A stretch of 64,000 nt of DNA from Vitreimonas sp. Lineage in GTDB: Bacteria; Patescibacteriota; Microgenomatia; UBA1400; PJMF01. The position numbers and the translations under genes are program-made. The first letter of the stretch is position 1; each line of letters begins with the position of its first letter. The notes beneath the pieces were generated by a model. The model ran no database searches, was not told the origin of the DNA, and worked only from the letters and a program-made list of their open reading frames with translations. Location of the stretch: assembly GCA_035627515.1 (NCBI GenBank), contig DASPLQ010000012.1:970331-1034330 (forward strand). The letters run 5' to 3'. This document shows, one piece after another, positions 19,234 to 27,746 of the stretch.

Positions 19234-20109
19234 ATGAACTTCATGAGTCGCTATCACCTCTACTTTTTAGTGTCATTAGCTGTAATCATCTCAGGATTAG
19301 TGTCGATGCTGAGCTTTGGTTTTAAGCCAAGTATTGATTTCACTGGTGGGTCATTGCTAGAAGTTAAGACTACGGCCACTGAAATTACGCCTGAAAAAGT
19401 CACTGATCAAGCCAAGAACTTATATGAAGTTAGTTCAGTCCAGGCTTCTGGTCCACAACAATTTATGTTACGGGGCAAAACTATCACCAATGACAAAAAA
19501 AATGAAGTCATTGCAGCCTTGAATACAGCTTTTCCAACAGTAAGTGAGTTAAGATTTGAAACCGTTGGCCCTACCTTAGGACGAGAGTTATTGTTAAAAA
19601 CGTTAACTGCTGCAGCTGTTGTTGCCACCTTAATTACGATATATGTGGCTTATCAATTTAGTGATCTGAAATACGGTATCTGTGCGATTATAGCCATGAT
19701 TCACGACTCGCTCGTGCTTTTGGGTGTGTTTAGTTTATTGGGGCATTTTTATGGTGTGGAAGTGGATGTGTTATTTGTGACAGCTTTGATGACCACTCTC
19801 TCTTTTTCCATTCATGACACGATTGTGGTGTATGACCGGATTCGCGAAGTTCGTCGCTTGCAACCACGCCTTAGCTTCAAAGATATTGTAGATTTAGCCG
19901 TGTTGCAAACGCTTGGGCGGTCAATTAATAACTCGATGACAATTATTATTATGTTGCTGTCACTGGTGCTTTTGGGTGGCGAAAGTATTCGCTGGTTTGC
20001 GGTGGCCTTGTTGGTTGGCGCCGTGACCGGCACGTATTCTTCAACCTTTACTGCTGCACCCTTGTTGTTGCTGTGGGAAGATGTGAAGAAGCGGACTAAG
20101 ACAGCTTAA
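19234..20109 (+). CDS. secF: Protein translocase subunit SecF
   Basis: IDFTGGS, VGPTLGREL, SIHDTIVVYDRIRE, GTYSS. Confidence 0.96.
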   Translation: MNFMSRYHLYFLVSLAVIISGLVSMLSFGFKPSIDFTGGSLLEVKTTATEITPEKVTDQAKNLYEVSSVQASGPQQFMLRGKTITNDKKNEVIAALNTAFPTVSELRFETVGPTLGRELLLKTLTAAAVVATLITIYVAYQFSDLKYGICAIIAMIHDSLVLLGVFSLLGHFYGVEVDVLFVTALMTTLSFSIHDTIVVYDRIREVRRLQPRLSFKDIVDLAVLQTLGRSINNSMTIIIMLLSLVLLGGESIRWFAVALLVGAVTGTYSSTFTAAPLLLLWEDVKKRTKTA

Positions 20110-21719
20110 CTCTTTTTTTCTACTAACTCTTTTGCTCTCTTTAACAGTTCTTCTTTGCTATTGAGCTCGGGATTATCCAGCACCACTTCAAACAAAGCAT
20201 GCAAAATTTCACCCAAAATTGGTCCAGGTTTCAGATTAAACTCGGTCATTAGATCATGGCCATTAATGGCCAGGTCTTTGATTTCCATGGGTTGGTGAAG
20301 TTGCTCGATCATGCGCTGTTTCATTTCTTCTAATCGCCAACTGGTTTTGCGCGCCCCACTGCCAAGGCGGTCAGCTTCGCGTAGATCCAAAATATCATCA
20401 ATATTTTCTAAGCCCACTTTGCGCATAAAGCGACGAATAGCCGCATCAGTATTTTGTGGCTGATAATGGAACATGTGGTGGCGGACGAGGGTGGTAATGC
20501 GATTAACGTCACGCTTCGAAAGTTTGAGACGGTAGGCAATATGCCGAGCCATCTTGGCACCAACGTGTTCATGGTTATAAAAAGTAATAGTGTTGCCCAT
20601 GATATTTTGAGTTTGAGGTTTGCCGATATCGTGGAGCAAAGTGGCCAGGCGCACAATGGGGTCAGGTGAAGGGCAGGTGCGAAGTGCATCTAAACTGTGG
20701 GTCCAGACATCAGTAGTGTGGTGACCACCTTGTTTGACGCCTTTGCCCACCGTCAACTCTGGTAGGACATACGTTAACAAACCAGTTTGATCAAGCAACT
20801 CCACACCTTCTGCTGGAAACGGGCTTTTGAGAATTTTTAAAAACTCATCGCGGACGCGTTCACCACTGACGTATGTCATCAAATGAGCCGTATCTTCAAT
20901 AGCCGTAAAAGTCGCATCATCGATGCGCATATTCAGCTGCACTGATAAGCGAATAGCGCGTAACATCCGGAGCGCATCTTCTTGAAACCGTTGCGTGGGA
21001 GTTCCCACAGTTCGAATGAGGCCAGCCTTAAGGTCAATCAGGCCCTGATGTAAGTCAATCACTTCATATTCGCTAGGTTGTAAAGTAATGACAGGAGTGG
21101 TGAGGTGAGAAGGGTTGGACAAAGCAGTTTCTGATACTTGTTCTGAGACGCGTAAAGCTAAAGCGTTAATCGTAAAGTCTCGGCGATCAAGGTCTTCTTG
21201 AATCGTTTTACCCCAGGTGACGGAATCTGGGCGTCGGAAGTCAGTATACATACCATCAGAGCGAAAGGTGGTGATTTCATAATTGGGCAACTTGGACGCA
21301 GCTGGGGATAGCGTGTCGTTATCAGAATCTTCTGTTTGCAGCGAGACGTGGAGCTTGGTAGCTTGAGCTTGGTCGATGACACGGTTTTTGTTGAAGGGAG
21401 TTTCGCTACCAGTTAGTTGGCTGAGTTCTGCGGGTAGTTGCAGCTGTTCATTCACATGGTGATAGGTGATGCTGACCGTCCCAAAATTATTTTCATAGAA
21501 ACTATCAGGAAATAATTTCAAGATTTGTTCGGGTGTGGCATTAGTGGTAAAGTCATAGTCAGTAGTGGCAGGGAGTGTGGTAATTGGTTGATCGGTACCT
21601 TGGTTAATACCAATTAGTAAGAGATCGCGCACGGCTCCCCCTACGATATAACCTTGATAGCCAGCTTGGTGAAGGGTCCGTAAAATAAATAAGGCTTGAA
21701 CTGAGATTGGCAACGTCAT
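20106..21719 (-). CDS. cca: CCA-adding enzyme / tRNA nucleotidyltransferase with HD domain
   Basis: VGGAVRD, DYDFTT, EITTFR, RRDFTINA, EDALRMLRA, LLHDIGK; ATG at 21719 preferred. Confidence 0.9.
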   Translation of the reverse strand: MTLPISVQALFILRTLHQAGYQGYIVGGAVRDLLLIGINQGTDQPITTLPATTDYDFTTNATPEQILKLFPDSFYENNFGTVSITYHHVNEQLQLPAELSQLTGSETPFNKNRVIDQAQATKLHVSLQTEDSDNDTLSPAASKLPNYEITTFRSDGMYTDFRRPDSVTWGKTIQEDLDRRDFTINALALRVSEQVSETALSNPSHLTTPVITLQPSEYEVIDLHQGLIDLKAGLIRTVGTPTQRFQEDALRMLRAIRLSVQLNMRIDDATFTAIEDTAHLMTYVSGERVRDEFLKILKSPFPAEGVELLDQTGLLTYVLPELTVGKGVKQGGHHTTDVWTHSLDALRTCPSPDPIVRLATLLHDIGKPQTQNIMGNTITFYNHEHVGAKMARHIAYRLKLSKRDVNRITTLVRHHMFHYQPQNTDAAIRRFMRKVGLENIDDILDLREADRLGSGARKTSWRLEEMKQRMIEQLHQPMEIKDLAINGHDLMTEFNLKPGPILGEILHALFEVVLDNPELNSKEELLKRAKELVEKKS

Positions 21720-21775
21720 ACAGTGAATTCTCTCATTTATGATCACAAAGCGCAAAACAATTCTAAAACTAATGT

Positions 21776-23476
21776 ATGCAGTGGAAACTTAAACACACTT
21801 TATTGCCAGAAAACGTGGATGATGTGCAAGCAATTTTGCTGAGTAATCGCAGCATTGAAGATGAGCATAGTTTTTTTCAGCCGCCTGCGCCATGGGATTT
21901 AACTCTCGAAAAAGTGGGTATTAACTCTGACCAAGTGACGCAGGCGTTACAGCGCTTGGAAATTGCCCGTCAGGAACAGCAAGACATTGTCATTTTTGGT
22001 GATTATGATGCCGATGGGGTCTCCAGCACGGCCATTATGTGGGAAACCATGTCTGCGCTTGGTTTTAATGTTCGGCCCTTTATTCCCCACCGTGAAAAAC
22101 ATGGCTATGGCATGTCAGATCGATCGTTAGGTGATTTATTGGCGGGTGCCAAACCTGCCATGATTATTACTGTTGATAACGGGATTGTGGCTCATGTGCC
22201 TATTCAGCAGCTCCAAGCTCAAGGTATTGACGTCATCCTCACCGATCATCACCAACCGGAAGCTGAGCTTCCAGGGGCACACGCTATTGTCCATACTACT
22301 CAGTTATGCGGCGCTACTGTGTCATGGATTTTTAGCCGCGAGATAGCGAAACATTTTGCGCCTGCTTTGCACTTAGATCCACGCGAACTCATGACCAAAC
22401 AACTAGATTTGACGGCCATCGCTACCATTGCTGACCAGGTCCCGCTGGTAAATGCGAATCGTTCGTTCGCATTTCATGGGTTGAAGGCTTTAAAGAAAAC
22501 CAAACGGCTAGGATTGTTGGCGCTGATGGAGAAAGCCGGTATCGCCCTCGATAGTATTACGACTTCAACGGTTAATTTTGCGATTGCGCCGCGGATTAAT
22601 GCCATGGGGCGATTAGCTCACAGTTTGGAGGCGTTGCGGTTAGTGTGTACCAAAAATCATGACCGGGCACAGCAACTAGTGGAGTTACTTAATGATACTA
22701 ATACCCGGCGCCAAGATTTGACACAAGGTATGATCGAACATGCTAAAAACCAAGCGCATGTTTGGGAAGGTGAGCATTTAATTATTGTTGCTAGTGAGGA
22801 GTATCATGAAGGTGTGATTGGTTTAATTGCCGGTAAGTTGATGGAAGAGTTTTATAAACCAGCCATTGCGATTTCAATAGGACAGAAAAGTGCCAAAGCC
22901 TCCGCTCGTTCTATTCCGGGTGTTAATATCGTTGATCTTATCCGCCAAGTCAAAGATGAGCTCTTAGAGGTTGGGGGGCATCCCATGGCAGCTGGTTTCA
23001 GTGTAGAAGTAGATAAAATTGCCAATGTTTCTCGCCGTTTGTACGCTTTAGCCAAAGATCAGATTACAGCTGGTCAACTTCAACCTAGCCTGGATGTGGA
23101 GTGTTTAGTGCCGTTTGAGTTAATTTCTAAACAGTTGATAGAAGTTACGAAACGCTTAGATCCTTGTGGCCAGGGTAATCCCGAACCGGTATTTGGTTTA
23201 CAGAATGTGTGTGTCATGGACGCTTTTACCATGGGTAATAATGGTCAACACCTCAAAGTCGTGATTCAGTGTGAACAGATTCCGTTGCGAAAGCCCACCA
23301 AGGGTGGTCAGAGTAGTTCTTCCCAGACCCTCAATTGTTTGGCTTGGAATCTCGGTCACCTGGCTCAGCAACTTCTGCCAGGGACCGTCGTTGACATTGC
23401 CGGGGTAGTCGAGCTCAACGAATGGAAGGGCCGTACCTCAGTCCAGATGAAGATCAAGGATTTGGTGATAAGATGA
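21776..23476 (+). CDS. recJ: ssDNA exonuclease RecJ
   Basis: GDYDADG, TVDNG, TDHH, TIAD, PRINAMGR, SARS, GGHPMAAG. Confidence 0.95.
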   Translation: MQWKLKHTLLPENVDDVQAILLSNRSIEDEHSFFQPPAPWDLTLEKVGINSDQVTQALQRLEIARQEQQDIVIFGDYDADGVSSTAIMWETMSALGFNVRPFIPHREKHGYGMSDRSLGDLLAGAKPAMIITVDNGIVAHVPIQQLQAQGIDVILTDHHQPEAELPGAHAIVHTTQLCGATVSWIFSREIAKHFAPALHLDPRELMTKQLDLTAIATIADQVPLVNANRSFAFHGLKALKKTKRLGLLALMEKAGIALDSITTSTVNFAIAPRINAMGRLAHSLEALRLVCTKNHDRAQQLVELLNDTNTRRQDLTQGMIEHAKNQAHVWEGEHLIIVASEEYHEGVIGLIAGKLMEEFYKPAIAISIGQKSAKASARSIPGVNIVDLIRQVKDELLEVGGHPMAAGFSVEVDKIANVSRRLYALAKDQITAGQLQPSLDVECLVPFELISKQLIEVTKRLDPCGQGNPEPVFGLQNVCVMDAFTMGNNGQHLKVVIQCEQIPLRKPTKGGQSSSSQTLNCLAWNLGHLAQQLLPGTVVDIAGVVELNEWKGRTSVQMKIKDLVIR

Positions 23477-23477
23477 G

Positions 23478-23795
23478 CTAACTAAGTCTTCCAACTGGTT
23501 CTACCGTGAGATCTTCACTAGTATCCCATGAAGATTGAGCCAGTAGTTCGTAAATGTCTTCTACACTCATTTCCACAGTATCTGCGTCAATGATGGATTT
23601 ATAAACCATGGCAGCGAGTTCTTTATCTGTCAAAATCCTTACTAACTCCATAAACTCAGAATAAACTGAATGAGAGATAGCATCAATGTTAACTTCTAAT
23701 AGATATGCCGCCAGGCTAGCAGGGTTGATTTTTTCCTTGCGATATTTTTCTTCCACCTGTCTAGCAGAAATAGTGGTTTGTCTAATATTTTCCAT
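23478..23795 (-). CDS. Small acidic hypothetical protein
   Basis: 105-aa ORF with AAAGGA SD; third gene behind the attenuator. Confidence 0.65.
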   Translation of the reverse strand: MENIRQTTISARQVEEKYRKEKINPASLAAYLLEVNIDAISHSVYSEFMELVRILTDKELAAMVYKSIIDADTVEMSVEDIYELLAQSSWDTSEDLTVEPVGRLS

Positions 23796-23866
23796 AAAAT
23801 CCTTTTTTTTGCCCTCAAGAATTGTACAGGTTCTGTATATCTTGTGCTGACAATTACCTGACAGAA

Positions 23867-24085
23867 TTACTGGACCATCAGTGGTGCAGCGTAAGCCATT
23901 AAAGTACTAAATTCTTCAGCGGCGTCATCATATCCTTTAGTTAATAAATCGATAGTGACAGCATGATAGTCACCACCGTTAGCTTGAGTTTTGGTTAGCT
24001 CTTTTTTGTATGATTTTTCTAACAATGCTAATGCTTCTGCGGCTCCATATTGAGCAGTGGTTTGGGTTTTTACAACTTCGTACAT
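23867..24085 (-). CDS. Small hypothetical protein
   Basis: 72-aa ORF with SD (GAAAGGACACTATG). Confidence 0.65.
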   Translation of the reverse strand: MYEVVKTQTTAQYGAAEALALLEKSYKKELTKTQANGGDYHAVTIDLLTKGYDDAAEEFSTLMAYAAPLMVQ

Positions 24086-24130
24086 AGTGTCCTTTCAGGA
24101 TAATTAATTAATATTTCGACTACTTATAAA

Positions 24131-24376
24131 CTACTCCCACATAAAGGAGGGAACAGGAATTCCTACCTCAGACAACAGTTCACCAAAGATCTCCGCTTTT
24201 AGATGACTTTGATTCTTAGCAACCTCATGAATAACTGCATAAAAATCACCAGTTTCAGTAACTTTTTTATATTCTGGTGCAAACGCATTTTTTAAAGTTT
24301 GCATTGCCAAGGTATATGCCACTACATCTTTTACAAAGAATGAGGTTTCATAAGGTCTGTAGTCCTGATCTTTCAT
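24131..24376 (-). CDS. Small hypothetical protein (81 aa)
   Basis: SD (GAAAGGAACATTATG) just after the leader terminator; start revised from 24481. Confidence 0.7.
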   Translation of the reverse strand: MKDQDYRPYETSFFVKDVVAYTLAMQTLKNAFAPEYKKVTETGDFYAVIHEVAKNQSHLKAEIFGELLSEVGIPVPSFMWE

Positions 24377-24394
24377 AATGTTCCTTTCTCCAAC

Positions 24395-24423
24395 AAAAAA
24401 CCCCCCGTTTAGAGCGGGGGGTT
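24395..24423 (-). terminator. Attenuator terminator
   Basis: Minus strand AACCCCCCG-CTCTAAA-CGGGGGGTT followed by TTTT. Confidence 0.85.
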
Positions 24424-24447
24424 GTGGTGTTAAATAAATGTTTACTG

Positions 24448-24528
24448 TTACGCTGCCACGTTTACCCCGCTCTTGGTCCAAAGGACGAAGAGTTGAATGA
24501 GGGTAATAATGCGGCCAAAGTGTGCCAT
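24448..24528 (-). CDS. Putative leader peptide MAHFGRIITLIQLFVLWTKSGVNVAA
   Basis: 26-codon ORF between the promoter and the terminator, overlapping alternative RNA helices; rich in Ile/Leu/Val/Thr. Confidence 0.6.
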   Translation of the reverse strand: MAHFGRIITLIQLFVLWTKSGVNVAA

Positions 24529-24538
24529 AACAAAATAT

Positions 24539-24566
24539 ATTGTATGCCGTGACGCGGCGATGTCAA
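24539..24566 (-). promoter_or_regulatory. Sigma70 promoter of the attenuated operon
   Basis: Minus strand TTGACA-16 nt-TACAAT, 10 nt upstream of the leader ATG. Confidence 0.75.
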
Positions 24567-24639
24567 CAGGTAAGTACTAAATGTGTATGAATTGACAGAT
24601 ATATCTTTAGAAAGTGAGGTGTATAATAGCTTTAGTTAA

Positions 24640-24821
24640 TACAAGCGCATGAGCCTACTGACACTAGGCAATTTCCTAAGAGGAAGCGCTGCCAGGGGTA
24701 GCAACCTGGCCGGGTAAGCCCGTGACAGCAGGAAGTAAGTATAAAGAGGTTGGCACCTTTCTGAGCTCCAGAAGCCTTTTCTTAATTCAAGTACAGTCTT
24801 GGGTTGGGAAAAGGCTTTTTT
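24640..24821 (+). promoter_or_regulatory. T-box-type riboswitch leader of aspS
   Basis: TGGCACC bulge (24751-24757) between helices AAGAGG/CCTTTT and TTTCTG/CAGAAG; competing 20-bp terminator 24772-24817 with T-run; candidate Asp specifier GAC at 24660 or 24724; TATAAT at 24622. Confidence 0.75.
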
Positions 24822-24850
24822 AGTATTTTAATCAATTACCAGGAGACGCC

Positions 24851-26725
24851 ATGTCTGATCAGACACGAACCTTTATAAGCGCTAGTCCCTCTAGTGTGGG
24901 CCAGGAAATTTTGCTTCAAGGCTGGGTAGATACCAAACGCGATCACGGTAAAGTCACGTTTATAGATTTGCGTGATCACACCGGGGTGGTCCAGTGTGTG
25001 GGTTACAAGATGATGGGTGAAGTCACCACCGAGTCAGTGGTGGAGCTGGTGGGTTTAGTCAAAGAACGCCCTGCCAACATGGTCAATGACAAAATTGTCA
25101 CCGGAGGAATCGAGATAGAGGTTAAATCTTATACCGTGCTCAACAAAGCTAAAGAACTGCCAATTACTCTTGATAGTGATGGCAAAGATATTGGTGAAGA
25201 AGCGCGTTTAAAGTATCGTTACCTTGACTTACGACGGCCTCGAATGCAACAGATTGTAAAATTGCGGTCGGATTACTTCCGAGCCTTGCGTACTGCTCTC
25301 TATGAACGAGAGTTCACTGAAGTCGAAACGCCGATGCTGACCAAATCTACCAAAGAGGGTGCCCGAGACTTCATCGTACCATCACGGTTTCAACCTGGTA
25401 AATTTTATGCGCTACCACAAAGTCCGCAGCAATATAAACAGTTGTTAATGACTGCTGGCGTATATCGCTACTTTCAGTTTGCACGCTGCATCCGCGACGA
25501 GGACTTGCGCGCTGATCGCGGGTTTGAGTTCACGCAACTGGATGTAGAGCTGAGTTTTGCTAAACAAGATGAGGTGATGCAGACAATTGAGGATGTAGTC
25601 AAGCAAGCTGTTAAAACGGTAGGTGGGAAATTGAAAGATGAAACCTTCCCGGTGGTGGATTATGCAGATGCTATCAAAAAATATGGAGCTGATCGTTTCG
25701 ATTTGCGGACCGAAGCTGAGAAACAAGATGGGACCTTAGCTTTTGCATGGGTAGTGAACTTTCCGTTCTTCAAAAAAGTCGATAAAGGTGACATTGCTGA
25801 AGTGCGTGATGGCAAGAGTGGCTGGACTTTCACCCATAATCCTTTCAGTGCGCCGTTACCGGAGCACGAGGAGTGGTTATTAAAGGGCGAAAACGTGGGC
25901 GAGATCTTAACTACGCAGTACGACTTGGTTTGTAATGGGTATGAAGTAGGTGGCGGCAGTATCAGAGCTCACAAGCCAGAGTTATTAAAAGCCACGTTTA
26001 AAGTCATGGGATATGGTGATCAGGAAATTGAGGACAGCGTGGGACACATGTTAGAAGCGTTTAGTGTGGGTACACCACCTCATGGTGGGTTGGCACTAGG
26101 CTTAGATCGCTTAATCATGTTGTTAGCGGGGGAAACCTCACTCAAAGAAACGATTGCTTTTCCAATGAGCTCTACTGGTCGCACCGCGGTCATGGACGCC
26201 CCCAGCCCTGTCGCCGAAGAACAACTTCAGGAGTTAGGTTTGAGCATTCGAGCTCCTCAGGGTCAACAGACGCCCCACGACTTTATTTTAGATCTCCTCA
26301 AGAAACACCACGTGGAGTATCAGTATCTAGAACATGAACCAGTCACTACTAGCCAAGAGGCTGCTCGGGTTCGAGGTGGTAAGGAACAAGAAGGTGCCAA
26401 GGCATTGGTGATGCAAGCTGATAAAGAGTTTGTGCTGTATGTCCTGCCTGGTGATCAGCGCGCCGATTTAGCTGCCTTCCAAAAGCACCTGGGTGTGAAG
26501 AAGTTAGCGATGGCGTCTACTGATTCTGTCTATCAACGCACCGGTTTGAAAGTAGGCTCCATTCCGCCCTTTGGGTCTTCGATCAAAATGAAAACCTATG
26601 TCGATAGCCGACTGGCTGCCAACGAACAGATTGCCTTCAACGTTGGCCGGCATGATCGATCGGTGATCATGAAGTATGCCGACTATGTAGCGGTGGAAAA
26701 ACCAGAAGTAGTGAATATTGGCTAA
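24851..26725 (+). CDS. aspS: Aspartyl-tRNA synthetase (shortened GAD insert) fused to a C-terminal YbaK/ProX editing domain
   Basis: RDHG..FIDLRD, RYLDLRR, EGARDF, LPQSPQQYKQLL, RDEDLRADR, PPHGGLALGLDR; C-terminal GAKALV..GSIPPFG..FNVG. Confidence 0.93.
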   Translation: MSDQTRTFISASPSSVGQEILLQGWVDTKRDHGKVTFIDLRDHTGVVQCVGYKMMGEVTTESVVELVGLVKERPANMVNDKIVTGGIEIEVKSYTVLNKAKELPITLDSDGKDIGEEARLKYRYLDLRRPRMQQIVKLRSDYFRALRTALYEREFTEVETPMLTKSTKEGARDFIVPSRFQPGKFYALPQSPQQYKQLLMTAGVYRYFQFARCIRDEDLRADRGFEFTQLDVELSFAKQDEVMQTIEDVVKQAVKTVGGKLKDETFPVVDYADAIKKYGADRFDLRTEAEKQDGTLAFAWVVNFPFFKKVDKGDIAEVRDGKSGWTFTHNPFSAPLPEHEEWLLKGENVGEILTTQYDLVCNGYEVGGGSIRAHKPELLKATFKVMGYGDQEIEDSVGHMLEAFSVGTPPHGGLALGLDRLIMLLAGETSLKETIAFPMSSTGRTAVMDAPSPVAEEQLQELGLSIRAPQGQQTPHDFILDLLKKHHVEYQYLEHEPVTTSQEAARVRGGKEQEGAKALVMQADKEFVLYVLPGDQRADLAAFQKHLGVKKLAMASTDSVYQRTGLKVGSIPPFGSSIKMKTYVDSRLAANEQIAFNVGRHDRSVIMKYADYVAVEKPEVVNIG

Positions 26726-26777
26726 AAGTGGTTAGGGGGCTGTATAGTCGCAGCATTTTAACTACAATAATAAAGCT

Positions 26778-27734
26778 GTGAAAAAGATTCGCCTTGATCA
26801 ATGGCTAGCGATCGGTTTAATTTGTGTGGGGTTACTGACCTCACAACTAACTCCACTGACGGCTGCGCCTGGCACCACCTTTCAACCCCTGACTTTAGTC
26901 GCTCCGGCGCCGTTGCCAGTACTACGGTCAGATGCTCCAGAGTTGGCTTCACTCCTAACAGCCGAAAGTGTGATGGTGATTGATGTGCCATCGGGTTCAG
27001 TATTGTTTGAAAAAAATGCTGAGCAACTTCGTTATCCTGCTTCAACTACCAAAATGATGACAGCACTGATCGCAAGTGAGTCATATCAGATGGATCATAT
27101 TTTGACCGTAGGTGAAGAGGCGTTGATCGAAGGGACTGTCATGGGTCTGCAACTCAATGAACAAATTCCGGTGCGTGATGTGTTACATGGATTGCTGTTG
27201 ACCTCTGGTAATGATGCAGCTTTTTTGTTGGCTAATCATTACCCTCAAGGTGGTTACCAAGGGTTTATGTATCGCATGAACCAGAGAGCACAGCAGCTGC
27301 ATTTAGATAATACTCACTTTATCAATCCCTCAGGTTTAGACGCCGAGGGCCAAACGTCATCAGCGCGAGATTTACTACTGTTGGCCAAAGAGCTAATGAA
27401 AAATCCACTTTTGCGTGAGATCGTCGGCACACGCCAATATACGGCCAGTGACCTGAGTGGTGAGATCCAGCACCAGCTTGTTTCAAGCAATCATTTTTTA
27501 GGGATTGAGCCCGGTGTGATTGGCGTAAAAACTGGCACTACCCCATTGGCAGGCGAAATCTTAATTTCCGAGGTGCAGCAACAGCAGCGGGATGTGCTAA
27601 TTGCGGTATTAGGCAGTAGTGATCGTTATGGTGATACGCAGCAGATCTTACGCTGGCTTTGGCAATCATACGAGTGGCAAGAACTTACCCATCCCACCCA
27701 AAGTTCCCAGTTGCCAGATAGTACTCATCAATAA
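26778..27734 (+). CDS. dacA: D-alanyl-D-alanine carboxypeptidase (S11)
   Basis: PASTTK (SxxK), SGN, KTGTT; signal anchor. Confidence 0.9.
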   Translation: MKKIRLDQWLAIGLICVGLLTSQLTPLTAAPGTTFQPLTLVAPAPLPVLRSDAPELASLLTAESVMVIDVPSGSVLFEKNAEQLRYPASTTKMMTALIASESYQMDHILTVGEEALIEGTVMGLQLNEQIPVRDVLHGLLLTSGNDAAFLLANHYPQGGYQGFMYRMNQRAQQLHLDNTHFINPSGLDAEGQTSSARDLLLLAKELMKNPLLREIVGTRQYTASDLSGEIQHQLVSSNHFLGIEPGVIGVKTGTTPLAGEILISEVQQQQRDVLIAVLGSSDRYGDTQQILRWLWQSYEWQELTHPTQSSQLPDSTHQ

Positions 27735-27746
27735 GACAATACACCT

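Noticed and set aside
24377-24481. N-terminal extension of the 24131 ORF given in the ORF track (TTG start at 24481)
   Set aside because: It runs through the terminator hairpin; a good SD and ATG lie at 24376
24592-24627. TTGACA plus TATAAT as a single aspS promoter
   Set aside because: Spacing is 24 nt, too long; only the -10 box is used as evidence
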